Part shown: piece after piece, positions 19,402-28,611 of the stretch
Position numbering within the stretch: position 1 is the first letter of the stretch
Layout: the number at the start of each line of letters is the position of its first letter
Source of the DNA: an uncultured bacterium
GTDB taxonomy: Bacteria > Verrucomicrobiota > Verrucomicrobiia > Verrucomicrobiales > DEV007
NCBI GenBank assembly: GCA_963977015.1
Contig: CAXBMO010000001.1
Coordinates: forward strand, 416,001-480,000
Length of the DNA stretch: 64,000 nt
Direction of reading: 5' to 3'
Notes under the pieces: generated by a model
The model's input: the letters and a program-made list of their open reading frames with translations, nothing else
Database searches by the model: none
Told to the model about the DNA's origin: nothing
Position numbers and translations under genes: made by a program

Positions 19402-19743
19402 TTAGCCTTCGGCTTTCTCCGAATCAGGCTTTGGCTCTGTTTCCGTTGCCGGAGTCTCCTCCTTGGTGGCAGCAGCTTTCTTGGCCACCTTCTTGGTTGC
19501 GGCCTTCTTTTTCGCAGAAGCCTTTTTGGCCGCCTTTTTCTTGGGAGCTTCCTCCGTGGTGGCCACTACCGCCTCTTCAGCATCAGCTTTGGGGCTCGCG
19601 GCAGGCGCGGCTTTCGGCTTGTCAGCTTTGGGTTTCGTGATCTTTTTCGCGAGAGACTGGTTGTTCTTTTCTCTCACTCTTACCCGCTTCAGGTAATTCT
19701 TACGCCGGCGGCGTTTAATTTCTTTGTTGTACTGTTTTCCCAT
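19402..19743 (-). CDS. Small highly basic protein with Lys/Ala-rich (histone H1-like) tail
   Basis: MGKQYNKEIKRRRRKNYLKRVR and KKKAAKKASAKKKAATKKVAKKAA. Confidence 0.8.
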   Translation of the reverse strand: MGKQYNKEIKRRRRKNYLKRVRVREKNNQSLAKKITKPKADKPKAAPAASPKADAEEAVVATTEEAPKKKAAKKASAKKKAATKKVAKKAAATKEETPATETEPKPDSEKAEG

Positions 19744-19974
19744 CGTCGTTTACGTCATTCGGTATCGGGATAGCCCGAAACGGAACTTATTGGCGCTTGT
19801 CCCCCTTGGAATCAAGGTGAAATGGCGCATTTTCATCGCTGCCGCCAGCCGCGAGAAGATCTCAGCGGGAGATTTCGATCCAGAATTTCAAGTGCGAAGG
19901 GCGAAACTGGGAGTATGTTGAAGAAAACCCACACAAAAGGCTTGCACGTTTGCTTCTGGCCTGTGTAAATGAAG

Positions 19975-20210
19975 CGTAGGATTTCCCCTGCGTATCTCGC
20001 CTACAAAAGCTCTTCAATGCTGCAACCGTAGCAACCGCCTCGGCGGTCCTTGCCGAACTAAGGTAAAGAACTTTCCCAGATTAAGCTCCATGGCAAGCTA
20101 GCGATGTCCGATGAGGCGGACTCTATCACCCAACGGTGTTAGCTCCGGGAGTTCTCGAATTGACGACTCTAACAAAACCAGAATTACTTCCTGCAGACGT
20201 CAGGAAAATA
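19975..20210 (+). ncRNA. Candidate structured leader or ncRNA upstream of yebC (family unknown, strand assumed)
   Basis: Several nested helices found by eye in a 477-bp intergenic region. Confidence 0.3.
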
Positions 20211-20220
20211 GAACGACATT

Positions 20221-20976
20221 ATGGCAGGTCACAACAAGTGGTCTAAGGTCAAGCATATCAAAGCTCGCGAAGATGCCAAGAAAGGCAAAGCCTTCAGCAA
20301 GCTTTCCAAGGAGATTTCCATCGCGGCTCGCGATGGCGGTGGAGATCCCTCGATGAACCCGCGTTTACGAACGGCGATCGACGCAGCAAAGAGCGTGTCG
20401 ATGCCCAAGGATAATATTGAGCGAGCCATCAAAAAGGGAACTGGAGAGTTAGGGGGCGATGCGATCGAAGAAGTTACCTACGAAGGGTTTGGCCCGAGCG
20501 GTGTTGCTTTGATTGTTGAGGTCAGTACAGACAACAAGAATCGATCCGTGGCGGACATACGGTCTATTTTTAACAAGGCGAATGGAACGATGGGAACTAC
20601 CGGAAGCGTTTCGCATCTGTTTCGAAGACTTGGCGAGATTCGCGTTGACCTCAGTGCGATTGAAGAGGACAAGCTACTCGAAATCTGCTTGGAAGCGGGA
20701 GCTGAAGAGGTTGCGAACGATGAAGAAGATCACATTGTTCAAACTGCCCCTGACGCGCTTAATGAAGTTGCTTCCGCAATTATCCAGGAAGGAATTGATT
20801 TGAAATCCCAAAACCTCGTCTACGTTCCGGAAGTTTCGATGGCGATTGACGATGCCTCTCAAGCCAGCAAAGTTGTGCGGTTGTTTGAGACGCTGGACGA
20901 GTATGACGACACTCTCAACGTATTTGCCAATTTTGACATTCCTGAAGCAATTCTTGAAGAAGCTCTAGCAAACTAA
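20221..20976 (+). CDS. yebC: YebC/PmpR family protein
   Basis: MAGHNKWSKVKHIK, NPRLR, MPKDNIERAIKK, YEGFGP, TDNKNR. Confidence 0.96.
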   Translation: MAGHNKWSKVKHIKAREDAKKGKAFSKLSKEISIAARDGGGDPSMNPRLRTAIDAAKSVSMPKDNIERAIKKGTGELGGDAIEEVTYEGFGPSGVALIVEVSTDNKNRSVADIRSIFNKANGTMGTTGSVSHLFRRLGEIRVDLSAIEEDKLLEICLEAGAEEVANDEEDHIVQTAPDALNEVASAIIQEGIDLKSQNLVYVPEVSMAIDDASQASKVVRLFETLDEYDDTLNVFANFDIPEAILEEALAN

Positions 20977-21054
20977 CGACAAACCTTGCGCAAGTTGCGC
21001 CCTTGCTTTGCTTTCCCACTTTCAGTTGAAAGCACATTTTAGAACCCATTATCC

Positions 21055-22521
21055 ATGAAGGATACCACAACTGCCGAACTTCCTTTGGCATACGACGAGC
21101 CTGCTGAAAAGCCTGAGGCTAAAACCGAAAACCAAGCATCTGCGCAGAAACCTGCGGCGGAAGCCAACCCACAATCCATGGAAGCAAGTCAAGAAGACAG
21201 TGGCTCTTCAAACGCGCCAAGACGCCCTCGGAGAAACTCCAAGATGTCGAAAGGGCGACGGGGTAAACAATCCTCGGGAGGCAATGAGTCGGGAGAAAGG
21301 GGGCGCTCGGATTCGCAGAATGGTCAGCAGAAATCGGAAAATGCCCACAGGCGGGAAAGAAGAAAGAGGAAGAAGAGAGAGCGTAAAAAGGATGTGCCAA
21401 CCGGACCACCTGAAAAAGGCGAAGGTTTGCTGGAAATTTCTGCCAAAGGTTTTGGGTTCTTACGACAGGCGAGCACGGGATTTCAGCAGGCACCGGATGA
21501 TATCTTTGTGACTCCCGAGTTGGTTCGAAGTTATGGTTTAAGAGATGGAATGTGGGTCAAGTGCATGTCACGCACGGGGAATCGAGGCCCTCAATTGAGT
21601 GAGTTGCTTGAGATTTGTGGGAAGAAACCAGAGCAGTGTCTTGACCTGCCCTACTTTGAGGAACTAACCGCGATTAATCCTAACAAGCGGATAATCCTGG
21701 AGACAGCCAAAGAGAACCTGACCACGAGAGTCGTTGATTTGGTGACCCCGGTAGGGTTTGGGCAACGTGGGTTGATCGTGGCGCCACCACGAACCGGAAA
21801 GACCACCCTGATCCAGAAAATGGCAGAGTCGGTTCACCACAATCATGATTATGTGAAGATCTTCGTGTTGCTGATCGATGAGCGACCAGAGGAGGTTACG
21901 GAACTGAAGCGTTCGCTGCCCTTCGCTGAAGTGATGGCGAGCAGTAATGATCAGGACGTCAAGAGTCATACACGAATTGCTGAATTGGCAATTGAGAGAG
22001 CGAAGAGACTGGTGGAAGCCGGGGAGCATGTCTTTTTGCTTCTGGATTCGATTACGCGTTTGGCGAGATCGTTTAACAACGCGACCAAGGGTGGCAAAGG
22101 GAAGGGGATTTCCAGAGGTGGACTTGCCATCGGAGCGTTGGAGATTCCCCGGCGTTTGTTTGCTGCTGCGCGAAACACTCGGGAAGCTGGCTCCTTGACC
22201 ATTATCGGAACTGCCTTGGTGCAGACCAATAGTGCCATGGATGAGGCCATCTTCCAGGAATTCAAGGGAACCGGGAACATGGAACTCGTGCTGGACCGCA
22301 GAATCGCAGAGCAATATATTTGGCCGGCAGTGAACATTCATGCATCAGGAACACGACGTGAAGAGTTGTTGGTTCCGAAGCATCAACTCGAAAAGTCCTA
22401 TGTAATACGCAGAGGACTTGCGGGGCATAAGCCGACCGAGGCCATCGAAAGGCTGCTGAACTTGATGGAGAAGTTTCCCAACAATGCTCAAATGCTGATG
22501 GAAATTAAGTCTTCGGCATAG
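21055..22521 (+). CDS. rho: Transcription termination factor Rho with low-complexity N-terminal extension
   Basis: GFGFLR, GQRGLIVAPPRTGKT, LIDERPEEVT, LDSITRLAR, EFKGTGNMEL, SGTRREELL. Confidence 0.95.
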   Translation: MKDTTTAELPLAYDEPAEKPEAKTENQASAQKPAAEANPQSMEASQEDSGSSNAPRRPRRNSKMSKGRRGKQSSGGNESGERGRSDSQNGQQKSENAHRRERRKRKKRERKKDVPTGPPEKGEGLLEISAKGFGFLRQASTGFQQAPDDIFVTPELVRSYGLRDGMWVKCMSRTGNRGPQLSELLEICGKKPEQCLDLPYFEELTAINPNKRIILETAKENLTTRVVDLVTPVGFGQRGLIVAPPRTGKTTLIQKMAESVHHNHDYVKIFVLLIDERPEEVTELKRSLPFAEVMASSNDQDVKSHTRIAELAIERAKRLVEAGEHVFLLLDSITRLARSFNNATKGGKGKGISRGGLAIGALEIPRRLFAAARNTREAGSLTIIGTALVQTNSAMDEAIFQEFKGTGNMELVLDRRIAEQYIWPAVNIHASGTRREELLVPKHQLEKSYVIRRGLAGHKPTEAIERLLNLMEKFPNNAQMLMEIKSSA

Positions 22522-22543
22522 ATGTGTTAGCCGATTGCGACGG

Positions 22544-23146
22544 ATGTCGATCACCAACGTGCCAGACGAAGCGGAGCCTGAATCGTCGATCGAACACGAT
22601 GAATCAGGTCTGGTTGTTTCCGAGCCCGAGTCCGGTTCCGAGGTTCCGGTCGAGAAGAGGGCGGAAGTCTCAAAGACTTCCCGCTTCATCGCTTGGATTA
22701 TGGACGAAGCCGTTTCGATCCCGGGGACGAATGTCAAGATAGGCATTGATCCTCTTCTGGGGCTGTTGCCTGCCGGGGGAGACTTGGCGGCATCCTGCGC
22801 CGGCGTCTTCGCCTTCATAGAGGCAGTCAAACGCGGCCTCCCGATTCAGGCGCTTTGGAAAATTGTCGGCAACATCATCTTGAACGCTGGTGTCGGCACC
22901 ATTCCCATCATTGGAGACATTTTTTCGGTCATGTTTCGCAGCAATTCGCGAAACCGCGACATCATCAATGACAACCTTCGCCAAGCCCTTGCAGAGGGGA
23001 GGGAGCCCAGCTGGTGGAGGGTCATTCCTGCAGTTGCTGCGATCCTCGTATTTGTGGGATGTGCGATCACCCTCAATCTGTATCTTTGGTATCTCGTGAC
23101 CAACTTTGTGATCGAGAGAGTGCCAGGATTGGACGTTGGCAGTTGA
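22544..23146 (+). CDS. DUF4112 family membrane protein
   Basis: MDEAVSIPGT, GIDPLLGLLP, IPIIGDIF, SNSRN. Confidence 0.85.
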   Translation: MSITNVPDEAEPESSIEHDESGLVVSEPESGSEVPVEKRAEVSKTSRFIAWIMDEAVSIPGTNVKIGIDPLLGLLPAGGDLAASCAGVFAFIEAVKRGLPIQALWKIVGNIILNAGVGTIPIIGDIFSVMFRSNSRNRDIINDNLRQALAEGREPSWWRVIPAVAAILVFVGCAITLNLYLWYLVTNFVIERVPGLDVGS

Positions 23147-23185
23147 TCTCCTTGCTCTGATCGCCGTTTCAGGACACGATCAGGA

Positions 23186-24532
23186 ATGAGACCCCTTTTC
23201 CTTCTTTGTCTGGCGTTGCTGGTGGCTCCCGCGCGTTCCGCCGAGAGGCCAAACATCGTTTTGATTTTCTCGGACGATCAGGGAGTCAATGACATCGGTT
23301 GCTACGGAAGTGAGATTCCCACACCGAATATTGATCGCCTCGCCGAGGAGGGGGTGAAATTCACCAATTGGTATTCTGCATCCGCGATCTGCACGCCATC
23401 GCGATTTGGGCTCCTGACAGGTCTGAATCCCAGTCGCTCGAAACATGGGTTGCTGAGCGCATTGATGTTTATGGCGGAGGAACATCGCCAGACCGGCATC
23501 CAACCTGAAGAAACAACGATTGCCGAGCGGTTGAGAGATGTTGGGTATGCCACCGCATTGATTGGGAAGTGGCATCTCGGTCACGGCGAGAAAAGCCTCT
23601 TGCCGACGCGGCATGGTTTTGATCGATTCATCGGCCATACCGGAGGTTGCATCGATTTCTTTACGATGACGTATGGAGTCGTTCCCGACTGGTATCACCA
23701 GGAGCAGCATGTGAGTGAGAACGGATATGCGACGGATCTGATCACGGAGGAAGTGGTGAACTATCTTCGGGAACAGAAAGATGCTGAAGATCCGTTTTTT
23801 CTCTACCTCGCCTACAACGCCCCACACTTTGGAAAAGGGTATAGTCCGAAAGATCAGGCGCCGGTCAATATCATGCAGGCCAAAGCGGCGGATTTGAAGC
23901 GGGTTGAATTCATCGAGGACAAGATCCGGCGTGAGTTTGCGGCAATGGTTACGTCTTTGGACGATGGTGTCGGCAAGGTGTTGGCAGCACTTGAGTCGAA
24001 TGGCCTGCAGGAAGACACGCTCGTCATTTTCCTAACGGATCATGGCGGAACTCCAGTTTACGGGGGAAGTAATCTTCCGCTGCGGGGAGACAAAGCGACC
24101 CTATTTGAGGGCGGGATTAAAGTTCCCTGCATGATGCGCTGGCCTGGAAAAATTCCGGCCGGAACAACCAATGACTCATTGGTTTGGTCGATTGATCTGT
24201 TTCCGACGTTTTGCAGGCTCGCAGGAGATCTGTTGGATGAGGAGTCCGTTGATGGACAGGATCTCTCACCGGTCTTGTGGAATGGTGAAAAATGGACGGA
24301 TCGAACCTTCTTCTGGGAACTTGGTGCTCACGAAGAACTTTCGCGAATGCCTTGGTCGGCAGTTCGCTCCGGCGATTGGAAATACGTCCAGACTCCAGAT
24401 GACGGCGAGTTCTTATTCGACATCGATGTTGACCCGAACGAGACCAGGAATCTTCGGGATGCAAATCCCGAAAAGATGGGGCAGATGCGAAAGCTGCGCG
24501 ACCAGTTGGCTGCGGAAACAAAGCCGCGTTAG
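23186..24532 (+). CDS. Sulfatase (S1, formylglycine-dependent), secreted
   Basis: PNIVLIFSDD, CTPSR, GKWHLG; signal peptide. Confidence 0.95.
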   Translation: MRPLFLLCLALLVAPARSAERPNIVLIFSDDQGVNDIGCYGSEIPTPNIDRLAEEGVKFTNWYSASAICTPSRFGLLTGLNPSRSKHGLLSALMFMAEEHRQTGIQPEETTIAERLRDVGYATALIGKWHLGHGEKSLLPTRHGFDRFIGHTGGCIDFFTMTYGVVPDWYHQEQHVSENGYATDLITEEVVNYLREQKDAEDPFFLYLAYNAPHFGKGYSPKDQAPVNIMQAKAADLKRVEFIEDKIRREFAAMVTSLDDGVGKVLAALESNGLQEDTLVIFLTDHGGTPVYGGSNLPLRGDKATLFEGGIKVPCMMRWPGKIPAGTTNDSLVWSIDLFPTFCRLAGDLLDEESVDGQDLSPVLWNGEKWTDRTFFWELGAHEELSRMPWSAVRSGDWKYVQTPDDGEFLFDIDVDPNETRNLRDANPEKMGQMRKLRDQLAAETKPR

Positions 24533-24542
24533 CGGACTCCGT

Positions 24543-25289
24543 CTACATCACCATACCGCCATCCACCGTCAAAACCTGGCCTGTTATATAGCTGGCTTCG
24601 GAGCTGGCGAGAAAGAGGGTGGCGCTTGCGATATCATCCGGGCTTCCGAGGACGCCAAGCGGGACGTTCTTGATGATGGTTTCCTTCTGAGCATCGTTGA
24701 GTTCCGCCGTCATATCGGTGGCGATGAAACCTGGGGCTACCGCATTCACGGTCACTTTGCGTGCCGCGAATTCCTTGGCGAGAGCTTTGGTCAATCCCAA
24801 GAGGCCGGCCTTGCTCGCTGCATAGTTGGCTTGGCCGGGATTCCCCATCAATCCGACGACGGAACTGATATTGATAATTCGCGCGCCGCCAGCTTTGAGC
24901 AAGGAACGTTGGAAGGCTTTCACGCAATTGAAGGCTCCCTTGAGATTGGTGTCGAGAACGACGTCCCAGTCTTCCTCTGTCATTCTCAGGGCAAGCTGAT
25001 CTCGTGTCACTCCGGCGTTGTTGACCAGAATATCGACCTTTCCAAACGCTTCCAGAATGAGTTTGCCGGCGGCAATCGTTGCTTCGGTATCAGCGACGTC
25101 AATCGCAAAAGCTTTCGCTGAGTCCGGAAATGCCTGATTGATTTCATCCGCCGCGCTTTGGCAGGAAGATTCACTCCGGCTTACAACCGCGACTTTGGCT
25201 CCTTCGGCTGCAAAGCGATGTGCAATGGCTTTCCCGATTCCTCGTCCGCCGCCTGTGACTACGGCTACTTTATCAGTGAGTTTTCCCAT
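24543..25289 (-). CDS. fabG: 3-oxoacyl-ACP reductase
   Basis: TGGGRGIG, NNAGVTRD, GQANYAASK, PGFIATDMT, VDGGM. Confidence 0.93.
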   Translation of the reverse strand: MGKLTDKVAVVTGGGRGIGKAIAHRFAAEGAKVAVVSRSESSCQSAADEINQAFPDSAKAFAIDVADTEATIAAGKLILEAFGKVDILVNNAGVTRDQLALRMTEEDWDVVLDTNLKGAFNCVKAFQRSLLKAGGARIINISSVVGLMGNPGQANYAASKAGLLGLTKALAKEFAARKVTVNAVAPGFIATDMTAELNDAQKETIIKNVPLGVLGSPDDIASATLFLASSEASYITGQVLTVDGGMVM

Positions 25290-25333
25290 GGCAATTTCTC
25301 CGCGTGGACCTCACCGATTGCAACTGGAAGTCG

Positions 25334-26284
25334 TTACTTCTCGGGTGGTTCCGTGAGGAGTTTCTCAAGAAATCGTATCGAAGTTTGGCCGACGATCTCC
25401 AAGCTTTGGGCGCTGACATGATCCAGGGTATCCTTGGCGGTGTGCCATGCCTTGAAGTCGAAATCGATAATGTCGATCGCGGCGATTCCCTCGTCTCGAA
25501 ACGGAATGTGATCATCGGTGATGCTGGTCGGCCAGACTCCGAAATAGCGTCTCGTTCCCAGTTCATCGGCAGCACTTCGTAGGGTGTTGGCGAGGAATTT
25601 CGGGGTGTCGGCAGGCAGGGTAATGGAGAGTTTTGTTTCGCCTACCATATCAAGAACAACGACATATTCGGGGCGCAGTTGGGGATCCAGGCGCCGAATC
25701 AAGTTGCGGGCATAGTGCCGGCTTCCGTAGAGGCCATCCTTTTCGTCGAAATTCACGAAGGCTTCTTCGCCATCGAAAAAGACCAGCTCAAGATGCTTGG
25801 CGAATTCAGGTTCGGAAGCGGCGACGCGTGCCATTTCCAGCAAGAGCCCGGTGCTGGAGCCTGCATCGTTGGCGCCAACGAAATGGATGTTGGTGTAGCG
25901 CTTGGTATCGTAGTGAGAGCCGACGAGAAGGTAGGCGCGACGATCCCAAAGGTGGGAAGATTCCTGGGAGTCCGGAAATCGAGCCCGAATATTGCTGAAT
26001 TGGATTGGGCCAATTGGAGTTTCTGCCTCGAAATCCTGCCGTTGCGGTTCCCAACCCGCGGCTCGGAGCTCGTTTTCGAGGTAAACCCGGTTCTTCTCCA
26101 GCGCTTGGCTTCCTGCCGGGCGCGGCCCCATGGCGACCATTGCTTCGACGTGGGCATAGGCCTTTTCACCAGAAAGGCCCGCGTGGAGTGGATTTGCGGG
26201 ATCGGGCTGATAGTTCGGGCCATCCGGAGTGCAACTGACCAAGGAGAGCGCTCCAAGGATGCCCGCTATTGGGAAAAATCGCAT
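25334..26284 (-). CDS. M28-family lipoprotein, probable glutaminyl cyclase (animal/type II-like)
   Basis: Lipobox LVSC; HYDTK, GANDA, FFDGEEA, LYGSRH, LDMVG, DDHIPF, WHT. Confidence 0.8.
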   Translation of the reverse strand: MRFFPIAGILGALSLVSCTPDGPNYQPDPANPLHAGLSGEKAYAHVEAMVAMGPRPAGSQALEKNRVYLENELRAAGWEPQRQDFEAETPIGPIQFSNIRARFPDSQESSHLWDRRAYLLVGSHYDTKRYTNIHFVGANDAGSSTGLLLEMARVAASEPEFAKHLELVFFDGEEAFVNFDEKDGLYGSRHYARNLIRRLDPQLRPEYVVVLDMVGETKLSITLPADTPKFLANTLRSAADELGTRRYFGVWPTSITDDHIPFRDEGIAAIDIIDFDFKAWHTAKDTLDHVSAQSLEIVGQTSIRFLEKLLTEPPEK

Positions 26285-27207
26285 TAATCCTGCTCGATGC
26301 CGAGCAGTTCCAGGATTCGGCCTAAATCCTCGTTGTCGTAGTAGTCGATCTCGATCTTGCCGCCTTTTTTGGAACTGTGGCTGATGGCAACCCGGGTTGC
26401 AAGCCGTCCTCTCAATCGGTCCTGGATGTTGCGAACAAAGTTTGGAACCATGGAGCTGCCTGCTTTTTGAGGCGTGGCACTTCCGGCCTTGGTGGTCTTT
26501 GTGGAAGCAACCCCTTTTGCCCTTTCGGTCACCAGTTTCTCAGTGTCGCGGACGGTCAGCCGTTTTTGAACCACGACATCAGCGAGAAATTGTTGCTCCT
26601 CGGGCTCCTTTAGGCCCAAAATAGCTTTGGCATGGCCGTTCGAAATCGTCCCTTGCGAGACGAGAAGCTGCACATCGGGCGCCAGATCGAGCAAGCGCAT
26701 GGCGTTGGCGACCGCCGCGCGGCTTTTCCCAACGCGTTTGGCGATGTCTTCTTGCCGCAATCCAAATTCCCTTGCCAGCCTGCGGTAAGCTTCCGCTTCC
26801 TCAATCGGATTGAGATCCTCACGCTGGAGATTCTCGATGAGCGCCATTTCCAGCACATCGGCATCGCTCGCGTCCCGAACAATGGCGGGAACCTGATCCA
26901 ACTCAAGAAGTTGGCAGGCTCGGAAGCGCCGTTCTCCGGCGATGAGCTCGTAATCGTCATCAACCCGGCGGAGGATCAACGGCTGGATGACTCCGTGCTC
27001 GCGGATCGATTCCGCCAGCTCCTGAAGCGCGGCATCCGTGAAGCGCTTCCGCGGTTGAAGCGGACTGGCAACGATTTCCTCGACTTCGATGAACTGAACG
27101 CGTTCCCCTGATTCGCCGTCGTCGGTAGGGACTCCCATCCGCGAGCCTGCGGGAGGAGCCTTAATCAGGGCGTCGAGCCCTCTTCCTAAAGCCTGTTTTC
27201 TGGCCAT
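26284..27207 (-). CDS. parB: ParB/Spo0J chromosome partitioning protein
   Basis: ALGRGLDAL, QPRK, LIAGERRFRA, ENLQREDLNPIEEA, KSRAAVAN. Confidence 0.95.
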   Translation of the reverse strand: MARKQALGRGLDALIKAPPAGSRMGVPTDDGESGERVQFIEVEEIVASPLQPRKRFTDAALQELAESIREHGVIQPLILRRVDDDYELIAGERRFRACQLLELDQVPAIVRDASDADVLEMALIENLQREDLNPIEEAEAYRRLAREFGLRQEDIAKRVGKSRAAVANAMRLLDLAPDVQLLVSQGTISNGHAKAILGLKEPEEQQFLADVVVQKRLTVRDTEKLVTERAKGVASTKTTKAGSATPQKAGSSMVPNFVRNIQDRLRGRLATRVAISHSSKKGGKIEIDYYDNEDLGRILELLGIEQD

Positions 27208-27246
27208 AACGGCTGAAATTCCGCCAAATGACGGAAGGGGGTGAAG

Positions 27247-27606
27247 TTATTCCACAAAGCGGATTTTGCCCGAAGCTGCAGCTTCCATGGCGGCGTGTTG
27301 CTCGTCGGTGCAAGCCGAGTCAATCGGTGCATCGGGAGCATCCTCGCTTTTCGTGAGCAAGTTTTTCTCAGTCAACCAAGCTTCGACTTCTTCGCCACTC
27401 ACGTCGGCCAGCATCGTGCCATTGACCTCAACGCAGGGAGAAAGCGGTTGGCCGCTTTTTTGCTCCATTTCCCATCGAAAAGCCGGATTCTGGATGATGT
27501 CTTTCTCCTCGTATTGGAGGTCATACTTCCGGAAGATAGCACGGACGCCTTCACTCCAACCACAATGGGTTTTGAGGTATGCGGTAATGTTGAGTTCTTG
27601 AGCCAT
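27247..27606 (-). CDS. Monothiol glutaredoxin-like protein
   Basis: CGWS active-site-like motif and SGQPLSPCVEVNG. Confidence 0.75.
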   Translation of the reverse strand: MAQELNITAYLKTHCGWSEGVRAIFRKYDLQYEEKDIIQNPAFRWEMEQKSGQPLSPCVEVNGTMLADVSGEEVEAWLTEKNLLTKSEDAPDAPIDSACTDEQHAAMEAAASGKIRFVE

Positions 27607-27922
27607 GATTCGACCTAACGCTAACTTAACGAAAAATCAATATCAGGGATCACGGGTATTCTGGTCTTTTTGGTGCCTTTTAATGGAAAGAACGGCCCAA
27701 ATTGGCGGCAATGCCCCCAATGTCGCGGAAACAGGATGGTCCTGAGTCAAGAGAACCTGTCAATTCGGGGGAAATGCAACGCCGTAGAATGAGGATTCAT
27801 CGGATCAACGGAGTATTTGGGAAGGGTGGTCGAGTTTATTGTTCGTGAAATGATCAAATTGATCGATTATTAGGCGCTTTGCTGAATTTGCGACATCGTC
27901 TAATCACTCTCCTGTTGATGCT

Positions 27923-28555
27923 ATGCTCCGGCTTTTAGGATTTCTATTTCTGATTGGTAGTTTGAACTCCGCTTCGGGGGAGCAACCGAGGCTGCGAATC
28001 GTGTTGGATGCTGATCAACCAAGTTTGAGCAGGTGTATGATTCTTGGCTCCGGGCAAGAGATCGAACCGTTTCAGGTTGGATTTGGGCGTCATGGGATCG
28101 ACCCCAAAGGGGCCCGTTTTCGCGGTGGATACTCCCTCTATGGAACGTTTCGGATCAACGCGATCCTTTCGGCTGACCGTTTTGAGATGGAGCCTCGTTT
28201 GATCGAGCAATCAGGGAAAACTGCTGAGTATCTCAAATCCCATCTCTTTGCCAATATGAGCAAAATCGATTTCGATGGTGATGGGGAAGGCGGGGAGTAC
28301 GGGGCCGCGTTTGTCAGTTTGGAAGACCTCAGTGGTAGGGATCAACCGTTTCAGTTCAATACCTACAAGGGGGTGTTTCGTTGGTACAGCTATGCGATTC
28401 ACGGAACTCAGGATCCGGCAAGAATCGGGAAGTCGGTGACGGGAGGATGTATCAACGTCGGCGCTGAGGATCTGGAGCGGATTCTGAGCGTTGTAAAGTT
28501 GGGGGATGTGGTTGAGGTGATGCGTCGCAATACTGAGAGTTTGCTCAAAAACTAA
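27923..28555 (+). CDS. L,D-transpeptidase (YkuD) family, secreted
   Basis: YAIHGT...IGKSVTGGCI catalytic motif; signal peptide. Confidence 0.85.
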   Translation: MLRLLGFLFLIGSLNSASGEQPRLRIVLDADQPSLSRCMILGSGQEIEPFQVGFGRHGIDPKGARFRGGYSLYGTFRINAILSADRFEMEPRLIEQSGKTAEYLKSHLFANMSKIDFDGDGEGGEYGAAFVSLEDLSGRDQPFQFNTYKGVFRWYSYAIHGTQDPARIGKSVTGGCINVGAEDLERILSVVKLGDVVEVMRRNTESLLKN

Positions 28556-28611
28556 ACAAACGGGCTAAAAAGTTCACAACCGCAGCAATTAATGCTAATC
28601 TCTGTCGAACC

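Noticed and set aside
19402-19743. PVC signature small basic protein
   Set aside because: It does not show the motifs I recall for that family; only the composition is similar.
20106-20125. Hammerhead-like CCGATGAG
   Set aside because: The core should be CTGATGA, and the required GAAA after stem II is missing.
27247-27256. DnaA-box-like TTATTCCACA near parB
   Set aside because: It is an imperfect single copy overlapping a stop codon, with no box cluster.
27607-27922. 316-bp intergenic region as a possible ncRNA
   Set aside because: Only short hairpins were seen; it is adequately explained as a divergent promoter region.
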